Assembly (NCBI GenBank): GCA_963699755.1
Contig: CAVOVB010000010.1
Location: 64,001-128,000 of the forward strand
Direction: 5' to 3'
DNA length: 64,000 bases
DNA from: an uncultured delta proteobacterium
Lineage (GTDB): Bacteria; Myxococcota_A; Polyangia; Polyangiales; Houyiibacteriaceae
In this document: one piece after another, positions 39,253-47,750 of the stretch
How positions within the stretch are numbered: position 1 is the first letter of the stretch
Layout of the letters: each line of letters begins with the position of its first letter
The notes under the pieces: generated by a model
Told to the model about the DNA's origin: nothing
Database searches by the model: none
The model's input: only the letters and a program-made list of their open reading frames with translations
Program-made: the position numbers and the translations under genes

Positions 39253-42249
39253 CTATTGCAGCGCGTCCACGGTGGGCTGGGCGACCTGCTGCCAGGTCGG
39301 GCGGTTTTGCCAGTGGATGTTCGGTGGGTCCGCTAGACCAAGCGCTGTCGCATCGATGGCGTCGTCGGCTTCGAGCGAAGGGTCCCACTGCGCTATCTCG
39401 TCCCCGAGATCCGCGATGGTCGCTTGGAGGCTCGCGACGAGGGCTGCCCGACAGTCGGAGAGCGCTCCCGTCCCCGCGCAGGCTAGCTGTTGAAACGGCG
39501 CCGCGCTCTGCCCGAGCGCCATCTCGAGCACGCGCAACACATATCCGTAGTAACCACCCTGAAACGCGGAGCCGATGGCACGCGGGGCATCGTGACGACC
39601 GCCAAGCATCACCCCCGTGTTCTCCACCTCCACCAGCTGGGGGAGAACGGCGTTGATCATGCGGTCCCACCATCCATCCATGAACGCGACTGCGGCGCGA
39701 TCTTCGTACTCCAAGCCGGTGGCATCGAATCCGGGTCCGTTTCTGTCCCGACGCATTGCGCCGAGGCCGTTCGGCCCGTTTGCGACCCAGTCCTTCATGA
39801 CTTGCACGACCTCTTGCTCGAAATCAGTCAAATCGCCGACGTCGCCAAGCACCTCGAATACGCGGGGCAGCACCTCCTGGCCCCTCAGGTCCGTCGTGCC
39901 CGCGTCGATCATGATCTGTACCATGCTTGCCCGCGTGTGGCGCGGGCCTTCGGCCTGCGCCGCGAAGGCGTCGAGGCGCCTGGAGAGGAGCTCGGACCGG
40001 TACACGCGCCCGTAGCCGGTCTGGGTGTCGTTCGCGTAAAACCCCGGCGCCTGCGCATTGTTCCAATTCGCGAAGTACCCGGAGGGCGGGTTGGCCTCTC
40101 TCGGGTGGCTCTCGAGGGGCAGAAAGTTGTCGAAGTCGAACGCCGCATTGATGCGCCCTGTGCCGGTCTGCTCCCAATCGAACGCGCCCGTACCCCACTG
40201 CGGCAGGTCTGGATGAATGCCCGCAGCGCGAATCGGCAAGAGACCCGAGTTGAAGTAGGCGATGTTGCTCGCATCTGCGTAGAACCAGTTGAACGTCCCG
40301 GTCAGACTGTTGAACACTTCGAAGAATGCATCAGGGTCCACCATGTCGTTGCGCGAAGTCGCGAGAAACGGCCGTACCGAATCGACCTCACCGAAAAACG
40401 TCGAGCGCTGCACCGCGAGCGCGACCGGCGCTCCTTCGACGGTGGCCGTCGCAAAGACCGGCCCATAGTCGGGGGCTCGGAGAATGTTTCGCGTGACGCG
40501 TTGGTCCGAAGCACCCGCAGTGGTCAGATTCGTCTCTGCCGTCCACTGGTCGGTCCGCTGGAGCATCGCCGTACAGACGCCGTTGTAGAGATAGCTCTTC
40601 GATGCGCGTGTCGGTTCGCCGCCGTCGCGCTCGCAGAGTTGGAGAACCCGAATATCGGTCATGTCGTCCCCGGACGAAGTCGCACTCCAAGCGTGGTCGA
40701 TCCCGCGGCCGATGATCACGTATGGAAGCCCGGCGAAAGCCATCCCCCGACTGTGAATCCCGCCTCCCTGCTGGGAGAACTCGACCAGAATCTGTGGCGA
40801 GAAGTACCCCGTTTGCGGCCCAAACACCGCGATTGGATGCCCGTCCTCGGTTTGGTCTGCGTTCACCAGGATTGCGTTCGACATCGCGTGCGGGAAGCTG
40901 TCTTCGTTCAACGCAAGCCGCACCCCTTCGAGAGTGGCCCGTGCGCGCGCGCGCCCGATTCGCATCGCATCGTTGCTCGGTTCACTCACGCGATACGGAA
41001 TGCCGCGCGCAAACCGCATCGCCTCTCTTGCGCCGGGCCTGTAGATCTTGATCGCGGTCGCCGGGGAAACAGACTCCTCCACGACATCCTCTCTGAAAGC
41101 CGGGCACTCGATGTCCTCCGGCGTGGCTGCGTCGGGCGGCACGCAATCCTCAATCGTAAGCAATTCCAACTCCTGAACGCTGCCTTCGTCGAATAAGGCC
41201 GCCCCGGGGTACGCCGCGGCAAAGCCTTCGTCGAGCGGGCAAGCGGCTTCGTCGATCGTCGGCGGGGACTGTGTCTCAAAGCGGATCTCGGTCGTGTTCG
41301 GGCGTTCTCGGTCACTGGCTTGTCGAATGTCGCGCCACATCTCGCATGCGGCCTGTCCGTCTCCGGGGAACAAGGCCGCCAGACCTTGGAGCAACTGAAG
41401 CTGCTGATGCTCACCACCTCCACCGGTCGCAAACGTCGACTGCACTAGCGCCGCGACGCCGAGCACGTCCCGAGCCGTGAATGGCCGAAGCTCCAAACCG
41501 AGAGCCGCGTACTCGATGGGCACGGCCTCGGCGCCGTCTGCGCCACTCAGGATATCGTCGATGTACTGATTGATTCCGCTCACGAAGTCATCGACATCTT
41601 TCTGTGCCTGGATTCCATCCGTGCCGAAGCGAGTTGCAAGCTGGTCGATTTGGTCCTGCATCTCCTGCTCGTCATATCCGCCGAAGCGCGCGAGGCCTCG
41701 ATCGGAGTCGTAGTTCCCTTCGGCAGGACCAAGAAAATCACTCATTCGGCCGCGGCCCACGTGCCGAAGGACGTCGATGGCAAACATTCGGTCGGTCGCC
41801 GTGGCGTAGCCGGTTCCAAAGAGCACGTCGGCTCGGCCGTCGCCGAAGATGTGTGGAACACCCATATTGTCACGCCCGATGCGCGCGGCGCGCGTTCCGT
41901 CGGTTACCTCTTGCACCGAGTCGAATGCCGTCTCGCCGAGTAGCGGCTCATCCTTGAAGTAGCCCGGAACCAGGTCGCCATCGCTCAGTTGTCCGGGCGT
42001 CGGGTAATCATCGCTGAAGACCAGATTCTCGTACATCGCGAGCTGGTTGATCGAGTTCGCGTCGTCCCGAATGTTGCCGTTGTTCGCGTCGGCCGATCCA
42101 GGCGGCAGCACGTTCAAGAACACGCCGTGGTCCGCGAATGGGTCGACCTCCGGCTCAGGGCCGACGGCCGAGCTCTCTTCCCCCGTGCAGCCGATCGACG
42201 AGAGAAGGGTACCAAGAAGCAGGACCAAGAAGCGAAGCGAGCGTTTCAT
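39253..42249 (-). CDS. Penicillin acylase / AHL-acylase family Ntn-hydrolase, lipoprotein
   Basis: SSIGC lipobox, RD.MGVPHI, GYA.A.DR.F, autoprocessing site M|SNAILV, NWNN, WQNRPTWQQ. Confidence 0.9.
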   Translation of the reverse strand: MKRSLRFLVLLLGTLLSSIGCTGEESSAVGPEPEVDPFADHGVFLNVLPPGSADANNGNIRDDANSINQLAMYENLVFSDDYPTPGQLSDGDLVPGYFKDEPLLGETAFDSVQEVTDGTRAARIGRDNMGVPHIFGDGRADVLFGTGYATATDRMFAIDVLRHVGRGRMSDFLGPAEGNYDSDRGLARFGGYDEQEMQDQIDQLATRFGTDGIQAQKDVDDFVSGINQYIDDILSGADGAEAVPIEYAALGLELRPFTARDVLGVAALVQSTFATGGGGEHQQLQLLQGLAALFPGDGQAACEMWRDIRQASDRERPNTTEIRFETQSPPTIDEAACPLDEGFAAAYPGAALFDEGSVQELELLTIEDCVPPDAATPEDIECPAFREDVVEESVSPATAIKIYRPGAREAMRFARGIPYRVSEPSNDAMRIGRARARATLEGVRLALNEDSFPHAMSNAILVNADQTEDGHPIAVFGPQTGYFSPQILVEFSQQGGGIHSRGMAFAGLPYVIIGRGIDHAWSATSSGDDMTDIRVLQLCERDGGEPTRASKSYLYNGVCTAMLQRTDQWTAETNLTTAGASDQRVTRNILRAPDYGPVFATATVEGAPVALAVQRSTFFGEVDSVRPFLATSRNDMVDPDAFFEVFNSLTGTFNWFYADASNIAYFNSGLLPIRAAGIHPDLPQWGTGAFDWEQTGTGRINAAFDFDNFLPLESHPREANPPSGYFANWNNAQAPGFYANDTQTGYGRVYRSELLSRRLDAFAAQAEGPRHTRASMVQIMIDAGTTDLRGQEVLPRVFEVLGDVGDLTDFEQEVVQVMKDWVANGPNGLGAMRRDRNGPGFDATGLEYEDRAAVAFMDGWWDRMINAVLPQLVEVENTGVMLGGRHDAPRAIGSAFQGGYYGYVLRVLEMALGQSAAPFQQLACAGTGALSDCRAALVASLQATIADLGDEIAQWDPSLEADDAIDATALGLADPPNIHWQNRPTWQQVAQPTVDALQ

Positions 42250-42331
42250 CGCCGGGAGTCTATCGGAAGTTCGGTGCAGAGAGTACCCTGCGATCGTCTA
42301 CAGGCAATGTAAGCTACACTCCCGCAACTCG

Positions 42332-42775
42332 ATGGAGATCCTTTCCAGCCGTTTCATGCTCCACCCGCGCGACTTCGACCGCAGCGTGGTCTTCTACCGT
42401 GACATTCTCGGGCTGCACCCCATGCGGGAGTTTGGCGAGGGTGAGAGCCGTGGCGTCGTCTTCTTCCTAGGCGGCGGCTACCTCGAGCTCACCAATCGCC
42501 AACTCGAGCCGCCGGCTTCTTCGACCGAGCTCTGGCTGCAGGTGCGCGACGTGCGCCAAGCGGAGCGGGAGCTTCGCGCTGCGGGGGTTTCGATCATCGA
42601 AACTTCAGTCGAAAAGCCCTGGGGCTTGCTCGAGCTTCGAGCTTCCGACCCTGACGGTTTGGTTCTCATCCTGGTCGAAGTCCCCCCTGACCATCCGCTG
42701 CGGCGCGACCATCGCAAGGCTGTGTCGTCTACGAGCGGAATGCGACACGGCGATCGCGCGCGCACCGACCGCTAG
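42332..42775 (+). CDS. VOC/glyoxalase family protein
   Basis: FY..ILGL, LWLQVRDV, PWGLLE...DPDG. Confidence 0.88.
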   Translation: MEILSSRFMLHPRDFDRSVVFYRDILGLHPMREFGEGESRGVVFFLGGGYLELTNRQLEPPASSTELWLQVRDVRQAERELRAAGVSIIETSVEKPWGLLELRASDPDGLVLILVEVPPDHPLRRDHRKAVSSTSGMRHGDRARTDR

Positions 42776-43425
42776 CGCCTCGCGACTGGTGCTTGAAATG
42801 CGGTGAGGATTTCGTTGCGCCGCAAGAACCAGGGCTTGAAGGGCGCGTCATAGCGTGCCCAAATCGGTTCGCCGCTCGCTGCGTAGCCTGCGGTCTGCAA
42901 TGCATCGAGCAGAAGGTCGAGATGCTTCTGGTAGTTTCGCTTCGACCAGGTGCCCGAATAGCGCACCGCTGCAAAGCTACGCGCAGGAATCTCGCGGATG
43001 GTGATCCGCGAATCATTGGGCTCGGGGAGCTCTGCCAGCGAGTATTCAGACGGCATCATGAATTGGATCACGTACTGCTCTCCGGCCTTCTCCTGCGTGA
43101 CCGGGGCAGTCATGGCTATCTTCATGCCCTTTGCCTTCTCCTGGGTCACTGGCGCGGTCATCGCAATTCTTCTTCTGCCACGATTGTCGCCAAAGATGTA
43201 TTTGGCCAAGATGCGAAAACCCTGGTTCCCGGCGCTTTCGAGGTCTCCATCGACCTTGGTTTCGGCCACCAAGTAGGGCTCGTATTGGCGAATCTCGATG
43301 TCGCCGATCATCTCGATCACGCGATAAGTTGGGTTGTCGTATGCCACAGTGCCACTTCCGACCATCGCGATTCCCAGTGCAGCCGCGAGGATCGGGATAC
43401 CGACTACGATGACTAGCGACCTCAT
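42772..43425 (-). CDS. SOUL heme-binding protein
   Basis: EIRQY, GFR.LA.YIFG.N, IAMTAPV (twice), FMMPS, RYDAPF.P..LRRNE; N-terminal anchor. Confidence 0.93.
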   Translation of the reverse strand: MRSLVIVVGIPILAAALGIAMVGSGTVAYDNPTYRVIEMIGDIEIRQYEPYLVAETKVDGDLESAGNQGFRILAKYIFGDNRGRRRIAMTAPVTQEKAKGMKIAMTAPVTQEKAGEQYVIQFMMPSEYSLAELPEPNDSRITIREIPARSFAAVRYSGTWSKRNYQKHLDLLLDALQTAGYAASGEPIWARYDAPFKPWFLRRNEILTAFQAPVARR

Positions 43426-43426
43426 G

Positions 43427-44221
43427 TCAAATCTGACTATAGCTTCGGATGAACGCGCTGCGGACGTCGAATGCCAAATCGAGCGACTCGAGCAGCTCAT
43501 GAAGACCCGCGAGGTAGAGCCCGAACGCGGCGAAGTTGCGGTGAAGGCCCGCTGCCTGTGTCTCGGTGTGCGTCGACAGCTCGCTGAGCGTCGATTGTAG
43601 CTGCGATGAGCTGAATCGAACGGCCCGCTGATTCCCCTCCCCCAGATGCCGGAGCAGCAGTCCCCCGGCTGGCCCCAAACCGAGCTCACCCAGGCCGCGT
43701 TCGAAACGCGCCTCGTCCTCCAGAAAGAATCCTGCATAGACATCCCTCAGCGGGCTCAGAAACCGCCGGTCCCACTTCAGATAAAGGGGACGCGGATTCC
43801 AAACCGCATCGCCGTCCGCGTCGACCCCGAGTCGAGACGGCCAGAGGTCGATGAGCGCCGTGTCACCTCTCAACAGTTGCGTGAAGTAGAGCTCTAGCGC
43901 GATCTGACCCAGCCATCGACGCTGGGAACGCTTCAGGTCCTCAGATGGTAGGAGCCGTTGCTCCGCTCGACCCGCGTCGACCAGAATCGGGATGCAACAA
44001 TCGCGCAGCAGAGCCTGCGTCCTTCCGAGAACGGAGAGGTGACGTTTCGTATGAACAACGTTGGATAAGAGCTCCAGGGCCTGAGCTGCCAACTGTTTCC
44101 TCGAAAATAGATCGAAGCCCGCGGGCACCAGGCCCAGGACGGTGCTCCATTCGATTCTCGAGCGGAAGGGAGCACTCGTCAGGTTGAAAAGAGATGTCTC
44201 GTATGCAGCCATGGCAGACAC
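43427..44221 (-). CDS. Hypothetical protein resembling the C-lobe of ABC1/UbiB kinases
   Basis: LGQIALELYFTQL....LIDLWPSR; C-terminal LHRNF...GLY...L..L...FDVR; SD GAGG. Confidence 0.65.
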   Translation of the reverse strand: MSAMAAYETSLFNLTSAPFRSRIEWSTVLGLVPAGFDLFSRKQLAAQALELLSNVVHTKRHLSVLGRTQALLRDCCIPILVDAGRAEQRLLPSEDLKRSQRRWLGQIALELYFTQLLRGDTALIDLWPSRLGVDADGDAVWNPRPLYLKWDRRFLSPLRDVYAGFFLEDEARFERGLGELGLGPAGGLLLRHLGEGNQRAVRFSSSQLQSTLSELSTHTETQAAGLHRNFAAFGLYLAGLHELLESLDLAFDVRSAFIRSYSQI

Positions 44222-44227
44222 CTCGAT

Positions 44228-44392
44228 TTACGGTCCCCGTTCGACGGTCACGGGAGGACGGTAGTTCGATTCCTGAGCTGAGAAGGAGCTCACGGGGTCT
44301 TCGTTCGCGCGGTGACGGATCGCGATGTAGGCGCCGGCCATGGAAAGAAACGAGACCATCGCCCCCGCGACCAAGAGATCGAGGTCAGTCAT
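44228..44392 (-). CDS. Small single-TM membrane protein (54 aa)
   Basis: MTDLDLLVAGAMVSFLSMAGAYIAIRHR...; SD GGAGG; start overlaps the upstream stop (ATGACTGA). Confidence 0.7.
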   Translation of the reverse strand: MTDLDLLVAGAMVSFLSMAGAYIAIRHRANEDPVSSFSAQESNYRPPVTVERGP

Positions 44393-44612
44393 GACGACCT
44401 CCCGACAGCAAGAGCCCGCCCGCCGAGAGAATCGAGGGAACCCACAGACCCACGAAGAGCCCTCGCTCACGGTCGCCCGAAAACCAGAGCCAGATCGAGA
44501 GGCAAAAGGAGAGCCCGGCCGCGGCCAAGAACAAGATTTTGGGAGCGCCGAGGACCGAGAGGAAGCCGCGAGGCCTCACTGTCGATACGTTGCTGCTAGA
44601 TACCTGGGTCAT
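44385..44612 (-). CDS. Small 2-TM membrane protein (75 aa)
   Basis: SD GGAGGT; two hydrophobic helices; GLFVGLWVPSIL motif. Confidence 0.75.
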   Translation of the reverse strand: MTQVSSSNVSTVRPRGFLSVLGAPKILFLAAAGLSFCLSIWLWFSGDRERGLFVGLWVPSILSAGGLLLSGGRHD

Positions 44613-44630
44613 AACTTACCTCCGACTCGA

Positions 44631-44682
44631 TGTCTAGGTTGCGTCCAGGTATTGTCAAGACATACAAGACAATAGTTAGACA
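44631..44682. promoter_or_regulatory. CarH/CarA(LitR)-type operator of 11-bp direct repeats overlapping a TTGACA -35
   Basis: Minus strand: TTGACA (44658-53), TGGACG (44647-42), TAGACA (44636-31) at exact 11-bp spacing. Plus strand: AAGACA (44666) and TAGACA (44677), also 11 bp apart. Confidence 0.65.
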
Positions 44683-44812
44683 GATGGGGCGTGGAGCATG
44701 CTTTTCGCAGTGCTAGGGGTGTGACCAGCGACGGGATTTCGTGGCCAGCGTCTGGACCCCGACCGGTCTTGGCAGTCGGAGCCCTGGGCCCGATGAGAGC
44801 AAGGTGGGTCAG

Positions 44813-45571
44813 ATGATTCAGCTCGATGGTACCTCGTTCGTCCAGGGAGCGAGCCGGGGCATCGGTTTGGAGCTCGTGCGTCAGTTGCTGGGGACGCGAC
44901 CGTTTGAACGTGTGATCGCGACCTGTCGGCAGCCCTCACAGGCCACCGAGCTTCAGGCCCTGGCGTCGACGCAACCCGAACGGCTTCTGATCGTCGAGCT
45001 CGACGTCCAGAACGAGGAAACGATTGAAAGTGCGGCAAAGGCCGTGGCGAGCGAAACGAACGAGCTGGGGCTCATCCTCAACGTAGCAGGCGTGCTCCAT
45101 GGGCCGGACTTCGGCCCGGAGAAGAGGTTGTCGCAGATTCAACCCGACGCCCTTCGCAAGGTGTTTGAGGTCAACGCCTTTGGTCCCCTTCTCGTCGCCA
45201 AGCACTTCCACGGCCTTCTTAGACACGACAGGCGCTCCGTGTTCGCAAGCCTTTCGGCGCGGGTCGGGAGCATTTCGGACAACCGTTTAGGTGGATGGTA
45301 CGCGTATCGCGCGTCGAAAGCGGCCCAGAACATGATCACGAAGAATCTGTCGATCGAGCTTGCAAGAATCGCCCCAAAGTCGATCGTCGTTGGGCTCCAC
45401 CCGGGCACCGTCGATACCGACCTGTCAAAGCCATTCCAACGCAACGTTCCGGAGCATCAGCTTCTCTCCAAGAGCACGGCGGCTCACGCACTGCTGGAGG
45501 TGATCTCGGGACTCGACCGCGAAGACAGTGGGAAGGTCTTCGACTACCGTGGCTGCGAGATCGCGCCCTAA
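44813..45571 (+). CDS. SDR oxidoreductase, C-factor (CsgA)-like
   Basis: GASRGIG, PEKRL, VNAFGP, SARVGSISDNRLGGWYAYRASKAA.N, LHPGTVDT.LS.PF. Confidence 0.92.
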   Translation: MIQLDGTSFVQGASRGIGLELVRQLLGTRPFERVIATCRQPSQATELQALASTQPERLLIVELDVQNEETIESAAKAVASETNELGLILNVAGVLHGPDFGPEKRLSQIQPDALRKVFEVNAFGPLLVAKHFHGLLRHDRRSVFASLSARVGSISDNRLGGWYAYRASKAAQNMITKNLSIELARIAPKSIVVGLHPGTVDTDLSKPFQRNVPEHQLLSKSTAAHALLEVISGLDREDSGKVFDYRGCEIAP

Positions 45572-45574
45572 ATT

Positions 45575-46651
45575 CTAACGCTTTTCCCAGAGGTAGTGCG
45601 CCACGAACCACTCGTCCCCGCCCCGATAGGCGAAGAGCTCAGAGCACGCGATGAAGAAGAGCCTCCAACGGCGGAACCATCGTGACGCGTCTGCCCCGTA
45701 ACCATCCGAAAGAATCTGCAGCGCGGTCTTTCGATTTTGATCGAGCCGCGCCAGCCAGGCGTCGCAGGTTCTTTGGTAATGACTCCCCCCAATTCGCCAT
45801 TGCTCCCGCAAGATTAGATCATCCTGGTAGCGTCGGAACATCCCTTCGGAGGGCATCATCCCCCCGGTGAAGAAGTTCTTGGCCATCCAATCGCTGGGGT
45901 CTTGGTGCTCGTAGGTGTACGCGTGGGAGCGATGGCAGAAGATGTGCGCAAAAGCCATTCCGCCTGGCGTGAGCCAGCGTGCGATGCGCTCGAAGAGAAC
46001 CCGATGGTTGCGCACGTGCTCCATCATCTCGATCGAAATCAGACGGTCGAACCGTTCGCCGGGTTCGAAGTCATTGATGTCGGCGGTTTGAACGCGCACG
46101 TTCGTCAACGCGGCAGCAGCAGCACGCGCTTCGATGAACGCACGCTGAAGCCGGGAGTTCGACACGGCGAGGATTTGGGCGTTCGGGAACCGCTCGGCAG
46201 CCCATAGCGAGAATGACCCCCAGCCGCAGCCGAGGTCGAGGATCCGCATGCCGTCGTGGATCCCGGCGCGCATGGCGGTGAGCTCCAACATCTCCTCCTC
46301 CGCTTCGGCCAGGTCGTGCGTGTGGCTGTCCCAATAGCAGCAGCTGTACTTCAGCCTGGGGCCCAGCACGAGCTCGAAGAAGGGCGCCGGCACCTCGTAG
46401 TGCTGCTCGTTCGCAGCATTCACGGCAATCGCGACAGGGCCGCGAGCGAGGCCCTCCATGAGCTCGGACTGCTCTCGTGTTCGAGCTTCAGGAGAGCCAT
46501 TCACGCTCTCCCGAAGGCGTCGCTCGAGCAGATGACGTGTGCCCAATCGGAGGATCCAATCTGGAAAAACACCAGCTTCGGCCATGCGCAATGCGAGCCC
46601 CACCGTGGAGCGGCCCTCACGCGTCGAGATGCTGGTGGACGATTCCGCCAT
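45575..46651 (-). CDS. Cyclopropane-fatty-acid synthase-like / coclaurine N-methyltransferase-like SAM methyltransferase
   Basis: ANEQHYEVP..FF, LKYSCC.W, LDLGCGWGS, SIEMMEHVRN, FFTGG.MPS. Confidence 0.9.
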   Translation of the reverse strand: MAESSTSISTREGRSTVGLALRMAEAGVFPDWILRLGTRHLLERRLRESVNGSPEARTREQSELMEGLARGPVAIAVNAANEQHYEVPAPFFELVLGPRLKYSCCYWDSHTHDLAEAEEEMLELTAMRAGIHDGMRILDLGCGWGSFSLWAAERFPNAQILAVSNSRLQRAFIEARAAAAALTNVRVQTADINDFEPGERFDRLISIEMMEHVRNHRVLFERIARWLTPGGMAFAHIFCHRSHAYTYEHQDPSDWMAKNFFTGGMMPSEGMFRRYQDDLILREQWRIGGSHYQRTCDAWLARLDQNRKTALQILSDGYGADASRWFRRWRLFFIACSELFAYRGGDEWFVAHYLWEKR

Positions 46652-46736
46652 GGCGTCGACACAGAATGCTAGGGCGCTCGCTCCGCTCAGCAAGTCCGGG
46701 CTTGGCGATTGAGCCGGAGACTCTAGACTCCGGGCG

Positions 46737-47750
46737 ATGGGGTCTTCGGTGCGAACCATTGCCATCACGGGTGCAACCGGTTTCGTCGGCCGCCACGTGG
46801 TGAAGCGCTTGCTCGAGGAGCCTCACCTCACGCTCCGTTGTCTCGTGCGTCCCGAGAGCGACACCGACGAGCTTGCGGCCCTGGGCGAGCGGGTACGCTG
46901 CGTTCGAGGTGATGTCTGCGAACCCGGTTCCCTTACTCCGCTCGTCGAGGGCGCTTGGGGTGCGATCAATCTCGCTGGGTACCGGGACTTCTGGAGCCCG
47001 AGTCCCGAGGTCTACGAGTCGCTCAACACGCGTGGGGCCGAAAATGTATTTCGCGCTGCGCTGAACGCGAACCTTCAGAAGGTCGTCCAGGTCAGTACGC
47101 CGCTGGCCTTTGGCGTTCCGAAGCAGATTCCGTTCGACGAAGAGACCGTTCCAGGGCCTCACCCGTCTCGCTATGCCCGGAGCAAGTACCTCGCCGATCA
47201 GATCGGCTGGCGAATGCATGCCGAGCAGGGTCTGCCCCTGACCGTCGTTCACTTGGCTGCCGTCATCGGCGCAGGGGACCCTCGGCCGACCATGGAGGTT
47301 CGCCGCGCCGTGGAGAGACGCCTGCCCGCCTTGGTCGGGGCGGACACGACGTATACGTACGTCCATGTCGCAGACGCTGCAGAAGCAATCGTGCGCGCGC
47401 TTCTCAGGCCCAGCAGCACGGGCCGGAGCTACCTGATCGGTACCGAGCGTGCATCGACCCGGGACTACTTCTCCCTTATCGGCAACCTCGCCGGCGTACC
47501 GGTTCCCAAGCTCGATCTCCCCGAAGGGCCGCTTCTCGCCATCGCCCGCATACTGGAGCACTGGGCCCGCTGGACGGGCACCCGTCCAGCCGTTCCCGTC
47601 GACATCCTCAAGACCACGGCCGCTGGCTCGCTGGTGTTCGATGGAAGCCGCGCGCAGCGCGAGCTCGGGATGCGCTACAAACCGCTTCGCGAGGCTCTTG
47701 CCGAAGCGGTCGATGAGATCCGCGCAGAGTCTGCGCTGTCCAGAGCTTAG
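46737..47750 (+). CDS. NAD-dependent epimerase/dehydratase (dihydroflavonol reductase/HpnA-like)
   Basis: TGATGFVG, YARSK, VHVAD.A. Confidence 0.88.
   Translation: MGSSVRTIAITGATGFVGRHVVKRLLEEPHLTLRCLVRPESDTDELAALGERVRCVRGDVCEPGSLTPLVEGAWGAINLAGYRDFWSPSPEVYESLNTRGAENVFRAALNANLQKVVQVSTPLAFGVPKQIPFDEETVPGPHPSRYARSKYLADQIGWRMHAEQGLPLTVVHLAAVIGAGDPRPTMEVRRAVERRLPALVGADTTYTYVHVADAAEAIVRALLRPSSTGRSYLIGTERASTRDYFSLIGNLAGVPVPKLDLPEGPLLAIARILEHWARWTGTRPAVPVDILKTTAAGSLVFDGSRAQRELGMRYKPLREALAEAVDEIRAESALSRA

Noticed and set aside
33597..41196. Long antisense ORFs (33597-34895; 39490-41196) and similar ones elsewhere (10065, 12114, 26122, 55107)
   Set aside because: Antisense mirrors of real genes caused by codon bias; no SD or domain signal.
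43085..43168. Tandem IAMTAPVTQEKA duplication in SOUL
   Set aside because: Common feature of bacterial SOUL proteins; the DNA copies are synonymously diverged.
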